From Candidatus Bathyarchaeota archaeon (GTDB lineage: Archaea > Thermoproteota > Bathyarchaeia > Bathyarchaeales > Bathycorpusculaceae): 64,000 nucleotides of DNA. Position numbers and translations under genes: made by a program. The notes below the pieces were generated by a model. That model did no database searches, had not been told where the DNA came from, and worked only from the letters and a program-made list of their open reading frames with translations. Below are positions 19,814 through 30,048 of the stretch, in pieces. Every line of letters begins with the position of its first letter. Position 1 is the stretch's first letter. Where the stretch lies: NCBI GenBank assembly GCA_963767735.1, contig CAVYES010000006.1, positions 384,001-448,000 on the forward strand, given 5' to 3'.

Positions 19814-20611
19814 ATGCCTATTCTTATAACAGAACACCTCACTCGCCGCTTCAAAGAACTAACAGCGGTTGATGACCTGACTATATCGGTGAATCAAGGC
19901 GAAATCTTCGGTCTCCTCGGACCAAACGGCGCAGGCAAATCCACAGTTATCAAAATGATAACTACCCTTCTGCCTCCAACCAGCGGAATCGTAAGTGTGG
20001 GCGGCTTCAACACTGCACACAACGCAAGCAACGTGAGAAGACTGATCGGCTACGTGCCTCAAATTCTCTCCGCAGACGGCACCCTTACAGGTCGCGAGAA
20101 CCTGATGATATTCGCCAAACTCTATGACATACCCAAAAATGAACGCGCCAAGCGGATTGACGATTCATTGGAGTTTATGAGCCTCACGGAGGCTTCCGAT
20201 AAGATGGTGAAAAATTATTCAGGCGGCATGATCAGACGATTAGAAATAGCACAAGCCATGTTGCATCACCCCAAGGTTCTGTTCTTGGACGAACCAACCA
20301 TTGGTCTTGACCCCGTTGGACGCAAAGCAGTTTGGGACCACATCAAAAAACTGTGCGCTGACTATGATACAACAATCTTCTTGACTACGCATTATATGGA
20401 AGAAGCAGACAAACTATGCTCCCGAGTAGCCATCATGAATCTGGGAAAATTGGTCGTTATAGGTGCTCCTGCCGATTTGAAGGCGTCTTTAAAAGGGGAC
20501 AGTATAACGCTCGATGATGTGTTTACCTGTTACACTGGCGGCTCTTTCGAGCGAGGCGAGGGCTACAGAGAAACTAGTATGACAAGAAAAACAGCGGGGA
20601 GGCTCGGATAA
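19814..20611 (+). CDS. ABC transporter ATP-binding protein (DrrA-like)
   Basis: GPNGAGKS, YSGGM, LDEPT, TTH. Confidence 0.93.
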   Translation: MPILITEHLTRRFKELTAVDDLTISVNQGEIFGLLGPNGAGKSTVIKMITTLLPPTSGIVSVGGFNTAHNASNVRRLIGYVPQILSADGTLTGRENLMIFAKLYDIPKNERAKRIDDSLEFMSLTEASDKMVKNYSGGMIRRLEIAQAMLHHPKVLFLDEPTIGLDPVGRKAVWDHIKKLCADYDTTIFLTTHYMEEADKLCSRVAIMNLGKLVVIGAPADLKASLKGDSITLDDVFTCYTGGSFERGEGYRETSMTRKTAGRLG

Positions 20612-20630
20612 AATAGTTCAAGAAAAAAAC

Positions 20631-21419
20631 GTGAATGCGGTAAATTGGGTTGTTAGTTTCTTCGCTAAAACGTTGAGCATAGCCGAAATGGAGATACGTA
20701 AACTTCGCCATGACCCCACAGAACTCATCACCCGTGCTGTGCAGCCAGCTCTTTGGTTGCTTATCTTTGGCGAAGTCTTCACAAGAATACATCTCATCCC
20801 GACCGGCAATCTGTCCTACCTATCCTTCATTACTCCTGGAATTTTGGCTCAAAGCGTGCTCTTCATCGCCATCTTCTACGGCATAGCCGTCATCTGGGAA
20901 CGGGATCTGGGCATTCTCCACAAATTCCTAGTAAGCCCTACTCCTCGAGAAGCACTGGTGCTTGGAAAAGCATTGTCTTCAGGCGTAAGAGCGCTTTCGC
21001 AAGTTGCAATCATCTTTGTACTGGCGGTGTTAATCGGCGTAGGCATCAACTGGAATCCCATAAACTTGTCGTTGGTCGTCGTCGTTGCAATATTGGCTTC
21101 GGCTTTGTTTTCCACGTTTTCACTCATTATTGCTTCACTGGTGAAGACGCGTGAACGCTTCATGGGTATAGGCCAAATATTGACGATGCCCCTGTTCTTT
21201 GCAAGCAACGCCATTTATCCCCTTTCAATGATGCCTCGTTGGCTGCAAATTGTTGCGCAATTTAACCCCTTGACTTACGCGGTGGATGCCCTCCGTGCTC
21301 TTATGATTACAGGTGGAGCAAGCACTTATGGGGTCGGCGTTGACATACTTGTGCTCTTCGTGGTTACGGTAGCTTTAGTGCTGATCGGAGCCAAACTCTA
21401 CTCACGAGTAGTCATTTAA
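20631..21419 (+). CDS. ABC-2 exporter permease
   Basis: Six TM helices, NPLTY motif, operon with ATPase. Confidence 0.9.
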   Translation: MNAVNWVVSFFAKTLSIAEMEIRKLRHDPTELITRAVQPALWLLIFGEVFTRIHLIPTGNLSYLSFITPGILAQSVLFIAIFYGIAVIWERDLGILHKFLVSPTPREALVLGKALSSGVRALSQVAIIFVLAVLIGVGINWNPINLSLVVVVAILASALFSTFSLIIASLVKTRERFMGIGQILTMPLFFASNAIYPLSMMPRWLQIVAQFNPLTYAVDALRALMITGGASTYGVGVDILVLFVVTVALVLIGAKLYSRVVI

Positions 21420-21517
21420 AAAGACCCAGATTTCTGATCACAAGCCGAACAGCAACATTGCTAAAATAAATTTAATGAAAATGGGATTCTGTTTTTCCAG
21501 GCAGCGCAGGATCTTTT

Positions 21518-22141
21518 TTAATCAGCTCGGTTTTGCAGTACGCTGACTGTTCCGGTTTTTCCCAGCCGCAGCTGTCTTTCTCCTTTAAATGTGGAAACTG
21601 ACGCATTCTTGATCTGTACTGTATCGCCAACATTAACAAAGTCCACTTGTTCGTTCCATAGGCAAAGCTTAATTTTTCCTGTCTCGTCCGCTATCCAAGC
21701 GTTAGTTACTTTGGCGCTGTTTCCGTACCGCGTCTGGACAGTTGCGGGCGTTGGGGTCTCGAGAACTTTAGCTTCAATGTTGACTTTTTTCATGCCATGC
21801 CGCAGGTCTTGAACCATGGTGGATTGCTTTGGCGAAGTGTTTTGTCTGTTCATTTGTCTGCGGATTTTGTCGGTATCCATCCAGTTTTCGAAGCAAATGT
21901 CTTTTCTTAGGAGAAATTCTTCAGCAACTCGAAACTGCACTACCACTTTGGAGTCTTTTGTAATTAGAAAGACCGCTTCGTCTTTTACGCTGCAACGGTA
22001 TTCAACCATAAGATTTTGGCATGTGGTTTTTCCTTTTTCCCTAGCCGTAACTAAGGTTTGGTAAAGTTCCGAAAGGTAAATACCTTGTTTCACTGAAAGA
22101 AAAGCGAGGTACTCCATTATCGTTGTCTTTTTATGATTCAA
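21518..22141 (-). CDS. OB-fold single-stranded nucleic acid-binding protein with N-terminal extension
   Basis: C-terminal IADETGKIKLCLWNEQ...GERQLRLG SSB/RPA OB fold. Confidence 0.8.
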   Translation of the reverse strand: MNHKKTTIMEYLAFLSVKQGIYLSELYQTLVTAREKGKTTCQNLMVEYRCSVKDEAVFLITKDSKVVVQFRVAEEFLLRKDICFENWMDTDKIRRQMNRQNTSPKQSTMVQDLRHGMKKVNIEAKVLETPTPATVQTRYGNSAKVTNAWIADETGKIKLCLWNEQVDFVNVGDTVQIKNASVSTFKGERQLRLGKTGTVSVLQNRAD

Positions 22142-22460
22142 ACTTTCTCCTTCTCGATGTTTTGCCAGAAATCGTCTTGAAAAAGTATGTTCTGGGCTCA
22201 GGTTGTACTCTTTCTTGAATAATCCGACAGTAATATATAATACATATTAACTATTTAGGCTAGGCACCTAAAGAAAAGACATTTCTCCATACAGTTTCTA
22301 TTTTTAGAAGCCCTTAGCATGCTTAGGTTGCGTTTATAACAGGTTTGGTCTTGTAGCGATAGTTTTCTTTTTTTCTTTGAAATATACATAGGGCTTCAAC
22401 AAAACTTGACTAATTGCACTGTAGGTTTTTATTTGGTGCGTCAATTAGGCTTTATACAAA

Positions 22461-22856
22461 ATGGCAGGAAATCGTATGAAAACTATCGCGCTTGTAGCAC
22501 ATGATAACAAGAAAAAGGATATTGTGGAGTGGTGTGATTTCAACAAAGGAACGTTATCTCAGTTTTGCCTGTGCGCGACGGGATCTACCGGTGAACAAAT
22601 AATTGAGAAAACAGGATTGCCGATGAATCTGCTAAAGAGCGGACCTTACGGTGGAGACATGGAGCTTGGAGCTTTGATTGCGAATAAGAAACTCGATATT
22701 CTGATATTCTTTTGGGATCCTTTAGAGTCTCAGCCTCATGATGTTGATGTTAAAGCTCTTCTCAGAATGGCAGTACTCTACAATATCCCAACCGCATGCA
22801 ACAGAGCAACAGCAGACATGATAATCTCAAGCCCCATGTTTAACACGCAGCCCTGA
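22461..22856 (+). CDS. mgsA: Methylglyoxal synthase
   Basis: IALVAHDNKK, ATGSTG, SGPYGGD, FFWDPL..QPHDVDVKALLR. Confidence 0.95.
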   Translation: MAGNRMKTIALVAHDNKKKDIVEWCDFNKGTLSQFCLCATGSTGEQIIEKTGLPMNLLKSGPYGGDMELGALIANKKLDILIFFWDPLESQPHDVDVKALLRMAVLYNIPTACNRATADMIISSPMFNTQP

Positions 22857-22965
22857 GCGGTTCCAAAAGAAACAATTTTTTCTTATCGGCGATAAATACG
22901 AAATCGAAACAGAGGGGCAAACTCCTATATGCTAGGTGTCAAGCTTTTAACTAGCAGAGATTAAT

Positions 22966-23166
22966 ATGAACCCTGAGAATTATAAGTCAAAACGGAAAGG
23001 ACAGCCAAAACGAAATAGCGCTGCTAATCGAGCCAAACGTCGCATGGATGCAAAAGCTAAAGAACCCAATACTTCTCCAAAACTGCGTGAAATCTACTCC
23101 ACCAGAATCGAGTGGGCAACTAAGATAATTCCCAAATTAAAAGAGACGTTAGAAACACCAAAATAA
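22966..23166 (+). CDS. Small basic hypothetical protein
   Basis: 66 aa, K/R-rich, ATG start in AT-rich intergenic context. Confidence 0.5.
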   Translation: MNPENYKSKRKGQPKRNSAANRAKRRMDAKAKEPNTSPKLREIYSTRIEWATKIIPKLKETLETPK

Positions 23167-23266
23167 AATCGAAAGATTCGTTTTCCAAAATAATATTTTT
23201 AAAAAAGATAAAATTTTAGAAAATGCAACGTATTTCTATTTTTTGCTTTAGTTTATAAATTTGTAG

Positions 23267-23404
23267 TTAGAAACTTGCCACGCCCTTCTTTTCAGAAGGA
23301 TCATACCATTTCCAGAGTTCATCCGCAGCTTTTTCGGAACAGCCAGCACTGAACAATAGATGCTTGAACTTTAATTCCGTTTTTTTTATCCGACTTTGCC
23401 GCAT
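23267..23404 (-). CDS. 45-aa microprotein (not in ORF track)
   Basis: Manual translation MRQSRIKKTELKFKHLLFSAGCSEKAADELWKWYDPSEKKGVASF. Confidence 0.55.
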   Translation of the reverse strand: MRQSRIKKTELKFKHLLFSAGCSEKAADELWKWYDPSEKKGVASF

Positions 23405-23727
23405 AGGCTTTTTGACGAAAAAATAAATAATAAACGTTCTGGACTCCTAATCCAATTTGTAGATATGTACAACAAAAATACACAAAGTTAAGGAAGCGTG
23501 GGTGGGCTTAGTAGAAAAAACGATGACCAAATGTATATTCAGTTATCTTCTTGTATTTTGACTGAATTAATTGTTTTGCTCCGAGAAGAATTGGGTGTTT
23601 TTCATCTTTCAAAGGCGAAGCCTTAAGAGGGCTCATGCTTCTATGGTAACTACCAAGTTTGGAATCACTTGTCCAGATATTTTTGGCTAATGTGAGCGAC
23701 CTAAATTTGGATGGGTGAGGGCACAAA

Positions 23728-23979
23728 TTGAAAATATTTGAGGCAATGGTATTTAAAAGGGCTATTGGAACCAGATGCAGTTTAAATGTAAAAATGCTTG
23801 ATACAATAAATGATGGTATTGTTTTAAGCATTGACCAAAACTTAGTCAATAGCAATGAACTTTCATTTATAACGGATTTTGTGAATCAACATAAACTAAG
23901 CTTGCTGCTAGACAGCGAGCGCTACTTTATCTCGACAAATGCCCTAACCCCATCCAGCCCATCCATGTGGGAAAGCTAG
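23728..23979 (+). CDS. Hypothetical protein
   Basis: 83-aa ORF, preceded by GGTGAGG RBS-like sequence. Confidence 0.55.
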   Translation: MKIFEAMVFKRAIGTRCSLNVKMLDTINDGIVLSIDQNLVNSNELSFITDFVNQHKLSLLLDSERYFISTNALTPSSPSMWES

Positions 23980-24238
23980 AACTATTGAATCCCGAAAACC
24001 TATAGTCGACTCAGTAGTTATAATGCTAAAATTAATCATGCACCAATAAACAAATTGAAAGTAGCTACAGGTTCAGAATTCAGGTTTGTTGACGACGCTG
24101 CCCGTCCCTAAACCGACTAAAAAGAACCATTAGGAGACCGCCTATAAGCGCCAAATAGTATGCAACGGTTGAGACAGAGGTTCCAGACATCCTCAGTTCA
24201 GCTCTTCAAGAAAAAACGTATTCGCAAACTTCGATATT

Positions 24239-25006
24239 TTAAAATGTTACGCTTTCGACGAGAATTCTCTTAATTATTCCCAAGCCATGTCTGAGCTTTA
24301 GTTTTTTTTCGCCTAGTCTGATTCGGTAATCAATTGGGATTTCAACAATTCGGTAACCGCTGCGTCCAACTACGGCGTTCATTTCTGCCTCTACGTCGAA
24401 GCCTTTGCTTTTGGGTTTCCAGCCTTCAAGCAGTTCACTTCTGACGATACGCAAGCCAGAGAGAGGGTCTTCAAGGTTAACGCCGTTCATAACAAATTGG
24501 GCAAACGCAAACATTTTATTGCCCAAGTAAAACGGGTTTGTAACCGATTTGCTATCGTTATGTTCACCTTTGAACCTGTTACCGATAACCATGCCGACAT
24601 CTGGGTTCTTATCTAAAATCTCAACCATCCTTGGCACATACTCAGCAGGATAAGTGAAGTCAGCATCAGTGAAAACAACATAGGACACTTTTGACCCTAG
24701 ATTTTGGAAACCCTGAAACATCGCATCTCCCTTACCTGTTCCCTCCTGCAATAAAACATCGGCGCCCATGTTTTTGGCTATTTCAATAGTCCGGTCAACA
24801 CTGTTGCCGTCTACAACAACTAAATAGGGATCTACAAGAACTTTTTGCAGCTCACTAATGGTGGGCCCTACGCCTTCTTCTTCATTAAGTGTTGCAATAA
24901 CCACAGATACCTTTGAATGACGTGTTTCAGCAAAAGTTGAAGATACTTTGTCTTCTTCAGTATGCGTTCCAATAATGACTGGCGCGCTTGATGTAAGTTC
25001 TGTCAC
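24239..25006 (-). CDS. Glycosyltransferase family 2 (DPM-synthase-like)
   Basis: VVIATLNEE, VVDGNSVD, GKG, DAD, FDVEAE. Confidence 0.9.
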   Translation of the reverse strand: MTELTSSAPVIIGTHTEEDKVSSTFAETRHSKVSVVIATLNEEEGVGPTISELQKVLVDPYLVVVDGNSVDRTIEIAKNMGADVLLQEGTGKGDAMFQGFQNLGSKVSYVVFTDADFTYPAEYVPRMVEILDKNPDVGMVIGNRFKGEHNDSKSVTNPFYLGNKMFAFAQFVMNGVNLEDPLSGLRIVRSELLEGWKPKSKGFDVEAEMNAVVGRSGYRIVEIPIDYRIRLGEKKLKLRHGLGIIKRILVESVTF

Positions 25007-25249
25007 AGAAAAACCTTAGTAATCTTTTAGGCTAACTTGCTATTTTAAGATGTGTGACTGCACGTAATCAATCACATACTTCTTAGCCCTGATGCGCTAA
25101 ATTATTTATTTCTTAACCAAGAAAGATTAAAGATTTGATTCGTTTTATGGACAGAAATGAATTATTTAAGAAAATATTTATTTTAAAAAAATGAATTTGT
25201 GAAATATTTTTATCGACCTGTGAGACTTAATATAAAGGAGTTTTGCTTA

Positions 25250-25554
25250 ATGAGTAGAGCCGAAGCAGTGGCTGTCTACAGCGAAATCGCGAAATTATCT
25301 GAAAGTATGGCTTTAAAGACTTTCAACCTAAAGTATTCAATAAAAACGACCCTCTAGCAGAACACTACCAACTGCGAATAAGAATAATAATGGATGACAA
25401 AATCAGGCAACAGGTTACAAACATTGCCAAAAAACATAATTTTAGCCGAGTAGTGGCTGCCGTAGTCATAGTGGCAGTTTTATTGGTGCCTGTTCTCCAA
25501 AAAAAGGCAAAGATCAAAGACGACACCGAAGACGAAATTGACTTCTCAGATTAA
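25250..25554 (+). pseudogene. Frameshifted small-protein gene remnant
   Basis: MSRAEAVAVYSEI... stops near 25355; the reading continues in another frame as DPLAEHYQLRIRIIMDDKIRQQVTNIAKKHN. Confidence 0.35.
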
Positions 25555-25593
25555 GCATACCTTTAACTTTCAAAGAAATTAAAAACATAGGGA

Positions 25594-26121
25594 TTATCTA
25601 AGCGTGTTCTCGACGCGGACGAGCGGTTTGCCCATTATATCTCGGATTGTGTTAGCTGCTGCGAATGGGTCGCGGATAAGCAAAAGTTTCGTTTGGCGTT
25701 CACCCTGAGAATTGATTGTTATATCTCCATAACCAAAGATTCTGCCGCCAAGAGACTGGTAAACTAGTAAATCTCCAAAGCCCATCGGCGTAACTACAAA
25801 CGAATGGAGCCCAATGACGCCGCGTCGAATTTCAATTCCATCTTGCCGTAACATGTACGTATGGGAAAACCAAAAAATCAACAGCCCCAGTAAGCTAAGC
25901 AGCCAAATCACCCCGAACGCCAAAACCGTCCAAGCAAAAATTGGCAAACCGGCTAAGGAAGATGAAAAGACGCCAGAGTAACTTTCAAGCCAAAGAAAGA
26001 AGACTAAAACCACAAAAACAGTGACCGTGCGAATGACAACCGACGGAATAACCCAAGGTTTTTTCACCCAAACAACATTTCTCTGTTGAACATGCGAATC
26101 AGAAGACAAACCAAAACACAT
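25594..26121 (-). CDS. Bacterial PH (bPH_2) domain membrane protein
   Basis: Two TM helices then QSLGGRIFGYGDITI...IRDP. Confidence 0.8.
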   Translation of the reverse strand: MCFGLSSDSHVQQRNVVWVKKPWVIPSVVIRTVTVFVVLVFFLWLESYSGVFSSSLAGLPIFAWTVLAFGVIWLLSLLGLLIFWFSHTYMLRQDGIEIRRGVIGLHSFVVTPMGFGDLLVYQSLGGRIFGYGDITINSQGERQTKLLLIRDPFAAANTIRDIMGKPLVRVENTLR

Positions 26122-26254
26122 CCACTAGGCAATAAGTAAAAAGTGTATTTAAATATTCAAGGCTTAAGCAATAAGACATTCAATACAGCAACTCCCAAAA
26201 AATACGCCTAAAGCATTAAATGGGTCTTTGAGAGTATTTTATTTGTGATTTTTG

Positions 26255-26419
26255 ATGCCTGCACCAAAACCTAAAGCAAATGAGTCTGAGCGAGATTTTA
26301 TTTCCAGATGCGAAAAATTCATGCATGAAGAAAACAACAGCAAACCTGAAGCTGAGACGCGTTCCAACGAACAGATCACGGCCATTTGTTACTCAACTTG
26401 GCGCAAAAACAAAAGCTGA
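26255..26419 (+). CDS. 54-aa microprotein (not in ORF track)
   Basis: Manual translation MPAPKPKANESERDFISRCEKFMHEENNSKPEAETRSNEQITAICYSTWRKNKS. Confidence 0.65.
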   Translation: MPAPKPKANESERDFISRCEKFMHEENNSKPEAETRSNEQITAICYSTWRKNKS

Positions 26420-26714
26420 GATTAGGGCGAACACACCTTTTTCTTTCCTGACTTTCTAACAAAAACAAGCTTTTAAAGTCTGAGGATGTAGAACAATCGG
26501 TAAATGTTCTATAATTTTTCAGTAAAGTTCTAATTAAAAACAGTCGCGCTTAACTCTGAGTAAGAAAAGACTTTTGTCAAGTAAATAATCAACTCCTCAT
26601 TCGTCAACTCAACTTGAATCGGCAAAGTAATAATTTTGTAAAGAACCTGCTCAGAACAACTAGGCGAATCAACCTAACTTATCAATGTAACCTTTTTAAA
26701 AAGAGAATAAAAGG

Positions 26715-26945
26715 TCATAGTTGTGTTACTGTTATCGCTGATACGGGACAAGTTTTAGCTGTGTCTTGAGCATCAGCTATTTTGTCATCGTCGAATACGT
26801 TGGAAGATTTTGATTCGTCCGTTTGCCCACTAACCACACTAGATTGCTGGTTTTTGCCCGCTTTAAAATGAAGGCTGTCAGTCGCATAACACGCAGCAGT
26901 TGAAACGCATGTTTTCAAATCAACTTCAACTTTGTATTTAACCAT
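26715..26945 (-). CDS. Single-cluster ferredoxin, probably [3Fe-4S]
   Basis: CVSTAAC...CPVSAI; the second Cys of CxxCxxC is replaced by Thr. Confidence 0.8.
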   Translation of the reverse strand: MVKYKVEVDLKTCVSTAACYATDSLHFKAGKNQQSSVVSGQTDESKSSNVFDDDKIADAQDTAKTCPVSAITVTQL

Positions 26946-27187
26946 AAAAACACCAATTAAATCTCTATCAAATGAATTATTAAACGTTTTCAAAATTGCA
27001 CCGTTAGAAAACTTTAATTACACGTTTAAGTTAAAATTATTTGAGGTTTTTTCTCGTGAATTTTAACGGCGTAACTATTACTCTTCTGTATCCAGAGAAT
27101 TATCAAGCCAATTAAAGTTACCAGTATGACTTACTCCAGCCAAAATTAGATCAAACATTGGAATTATGCGATCATGGATTGGTTTGT

Positions 27188-27346
27188 TTAGACTTTTCTT
27201 TTTGCTCCGCAGTTTGGACAAATCGTTACGGTTTGGGGAAAAAGAGTTGCGCAGTATTTGCACGGTACCATAACATCTTCGTGGTTGACCTCTTCGTTGT
27301 CATCATCGGATTCTGAGCCACAACCACATCCATACATTTTAGTCAT
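27188..27346 (-). CDS. Small zinc-ribbon protein
   Basis: CKYC...CPNCGA with an acidic GCGC-containing N-terminus. Confidence 0.6.
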   Translation of the reverse strand: MTKMYGCGCGSESDDDNEEVNHEDVMVPCKYCATLFPQTVTICPNCGAKRKV

Positions 27347-27348
27347 TT

Positions 27349-27672
27349 CTAGCGAATTCTGCTCATCATGCCTCTGCAAAACCCAATCATCCAATTGTAG
27401 GTTGGTTTGAGGATGTTGCTGGTAGTTGTCGAAGGTGTGCTCGATTGCTGTGGGAGTGTTCCAACTGCACCAGAGTATCCGTAGCCTCCCATCATGCCGT
27501 CCCTTCCCATCATTCCGCCGTTGGTGCTTCCGTAGGATGTTGCTGTGTTTGGAGAGTTTGTTGTTGCGGACGTGCCGATGCGTCCACCCGTGTAGGCGTA
27601 AGCCGACGCAATTAGCAGTGCAGCGGCCAGGGCTACAAGGGTTAATGCGGCAATTATTTTTAAAGTTTTCAT
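27349..27672 (-). CDS. Secreted low-complexity Gly/Met-rich protein
   Basis: Signal peptide MKTLKIIAALTLVALAAALLIASAYA; GMMG repeats. Confidence 0.65.
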   Translation of the reverse strand: MKTLKIIAALTLVALAAALLIASAYAYTGGRIGTSATTNSPNTATSYGSTNGGMMGRDGMMGGYGYSGAVGTLPQQSSTPSTTTSNILKPTYNWMIGFCRGMMSRIR

Positions 27673-28146
27673 TTTTAATTTACCTCTACAATACATCTGT
27701 GGCTGCGTTTGGTATAGAAGTTGGCTGAAACAGTCTTGAAACATTTTTTTGAAGGTAGTGAAACAGTTTAGTTGGAGCTTTTTGTCTTTGCCTTGCTAAC
27801 CCAGTTAGAGATTGTGACCTCATTCGTATCTCCAAGAGGTTTTACTTGACTATTCCACATTCGGCAAGCGAGCTACAATCCGGTGAGTTTTAAGTCGTCT
27901 AATTCTTGCGCTTCTTTTTCTAAGTACTTTTGAAGATACTTGCTCTGATGAGCAATCAACGTGTTGAGCGCTTTTTGTTCTTCGGGACTCATGGTCTTAA
28001 AGATCACTTCGCAAGAGTTAGGAGCCACGTTCGAAGTAGGAAGGAATCCTTTAGTCGTGTGTGATTGGTTAGTTGAGACAGCAAATCTTCTTATTATGAA
28101 ATATACATTTCCGTTAATGTCCAAAAGCATAATAAGGTGAATTTTT

Positions 28147-28518
28147 GTGAAAATTGTAGATAAAATAATTCTTACCCATTTGGGAGTACGCGACATGGAT
28201 AAAGCTAAAGCGTTCTATACTGATGTTTTAGGCTTTGAAGTAACTCAAGATACCAAGTGGGGGAAAGGAAACCGCGGCGTGTTCGTTGTTCCTCCCGGCG
28301 GCGGCACATACCTTGCTCTTGATTTTATTTCCGAAGTAAACAAGTTCGATACAGGAAGAGTTTTCTTTCTTTCAACAGCGGATGTTGAAGCAGCATACAA
28401 GGCAATTAAAGCAAAGGGCGTTAAGCCAAACAGCGAAATCATGCCCTATCCGCCAGGCGGCAGATTCTTCAGCGTCAATGATCCTGATGGCAACGTCTGG
28501 AACATTCTACAATCATAG
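28147..28518 (+). CDS. VOC/glyoxalase family protein
   Basis: VRDMDKAKAFYTDVLGF...DPDGN. Confidence 0.9.
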   Translation: MKIVDKIILTHLGVRDMDKAKAFYTDVLGFEVTQDTKWGKGNRGVFVVPPGGGTYLALDFISEVNKFDTGRVFFLSTADVEAAYKAIKAKGVKPNSEIMPYPPGGRFFSVNDPDGNVWNILQS

Positions 28519-28614
28519 AGCTTGCGGGTTCCTGATTAATCAATTCAGTGAATCTTTCGACAACCATTTTTCTTGGAAAAAAGACCGACATGACGGCGGG
28601 AAAATACAGGTGCG

Positions 28615-28938
28615 TTAGGCCTGTGCGGGTAGTACCTCACGAACCTCTACTGAACCGCCGTTCTCGAAAATCGGACATGCTTTAAGTTTTGAAACAGCGC
28701 TGTCGTAGTCGTCAGCTTCTATCACGATATATCCGCCGACTAACAAGCTACTGAACTCAACATTCGAGACATTTTCGCCGTTCTTGCCGGATATTATCTT
28801 GCCTTCCGGTCTAAGCCTGTTTCCAAGCCGCATATCTTTTGAGACATACTTGGCCCAATTGGTAAAGCGGCTTAGATACTCATCAGTTAATTTCTCCTTG
28901 GGCAACCCGCCACGGAACAAAACGACATAAGTGTTCAT
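28615..28938 (-). CDS. YciI/DGPF family protein
   Basis: YVVLFRGG...VGGYIVIEA...ACP...GSVEVREV. Confidence 0.85.
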   Translation of the reverse strand: MNTYVVLFRGGLPKEKLTDEYLSRFTNWAKYVSKDMRLGNRLRPEGKIISGKNGENVSNVEFSSLLVGGYIVIEADDYDSAVSKLKACPIFENGGSVEVREVLPAQA

Positions 28939-28999
28939 CTGAAAACCAGTATCCAAAGCTTATTTATCCATGTTTAAATAAATAAATATTGGTGAAAAG

Positions 29000-29404
29000 A
29001 TGCCGCAAAATAAAGCAGTTGATGATGCATCTCGACTGATAGACGCTAGAATCCAGGAGCTAGGCGACTGGCGCGGAGAGATGCTTTCCCGCCTCCGTGC
29101 GTTGATCAAGCAAGCCGACCCTAAAGTCGTCGAGGAAGTAAAGTGGATAAAGCCGTCCAATCCACTGGGCGTCGCGGTTTGGTCTCACGACGGTTTGATC
29201 TGCACTGGCGAGATCTACAAGAATGCCGTAAAGATGACATTTCCCAGGGGCGCCTCGTTGGATGACCCCTCAGGTCTCTTCAATTCTTGTCTCGAGGGTA
29301 GCGAGAGGCGTGCCATCGACTTCCATGAAGGCGACAAGATTAACGAGGAGGCTCTGAAAACTCTTATTCGCGCCGCCGTGACCCTGAACACGTCCCCAGC
29401 CTAG
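29000..29404 (+). CDS. DUF1801 (YdhG-like) protein
   Basis: IDARI.ELGDWRGE...EEVKW...GASL.DPSGLFN...RRAIDF. Confidence 0.9.
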   Translation: MPQNKAVDDASRLIDARIQELGDWRGEMLSRLRALIKQADPKVVEEVKWIKPSNPLGVAVWSHDGLICTGEIYKNAVKMTFPRGASLDDPSGLFNSCLEGSERRAIDFHEGDKINEEALKTLIRAAVTLNTSPA

Positions 29405-29776
29405 ATGGCTGAGGGAATTCTCCCTCGTCTACTTCACTAACCTTTACCAGAACAACGGTCTTTTCAAGGTTTAGAATCATTAATGGGTCTGCACGAGGGG
29501 TTCAAAACCTTTTTCTTTAGACCGGCGATAAAGTTTGTTTTTTACCAAGTTTGTCGTCTGGGCGAGGCGCTGAGGGGGATCCATAGCCCCAATTTACCAG
29601 TAAAAAGTGGTTCCTTGGCGGTCAGAGGTGAGTCGGACCAGAGCGGCCTCTGTCGAATGAACTTTTATATAACGCCAATTTTCTTTCTTTAAAAATGAAT
29701 AAGGGTCGACCGATAGTCATAAAAATGTGAGAAAGAGGCGAGAATAAATTTGGTGCGATTTCCGAAAATGGAATTT

Positions 29777-29977
29777 ATGAAACATAAGCATGAAGATTGC
29801 GCTAACTTTGATAATGGAACTTGCAGGTTTTTTCATTTTACTAATCTGGAACCTAAAGGGTCAGCTTGCCCACATTTCAAAGCCAAGGCCAAGGAAAAAA
29901 AGGCTGAAGCAAAAACGGTGCTACAAAACTCAACTGATGCTGCAAGAATTGAGCAAAATAAGGCCTCTGGTACTTGA
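29777..29977 (+). CDS. Small Cys/His-rich protein
   Basis: HKHEDCANF...C...ACPHF. Confidence 0.55.
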   Translation: MKHKHEDCANFDNGTCRFFHFTNLEPKGSACPHFKAKAKEKKAEAKTVLQNSTDAARIEQNKASGT

Positions 29978-30048
29978 AACCAAAATGGTTCAGAACCTTG
30001 AATGGGGCTGTAGAGCCCAAGTCTTGCCTAATCCAAGCAAGGGGACAG

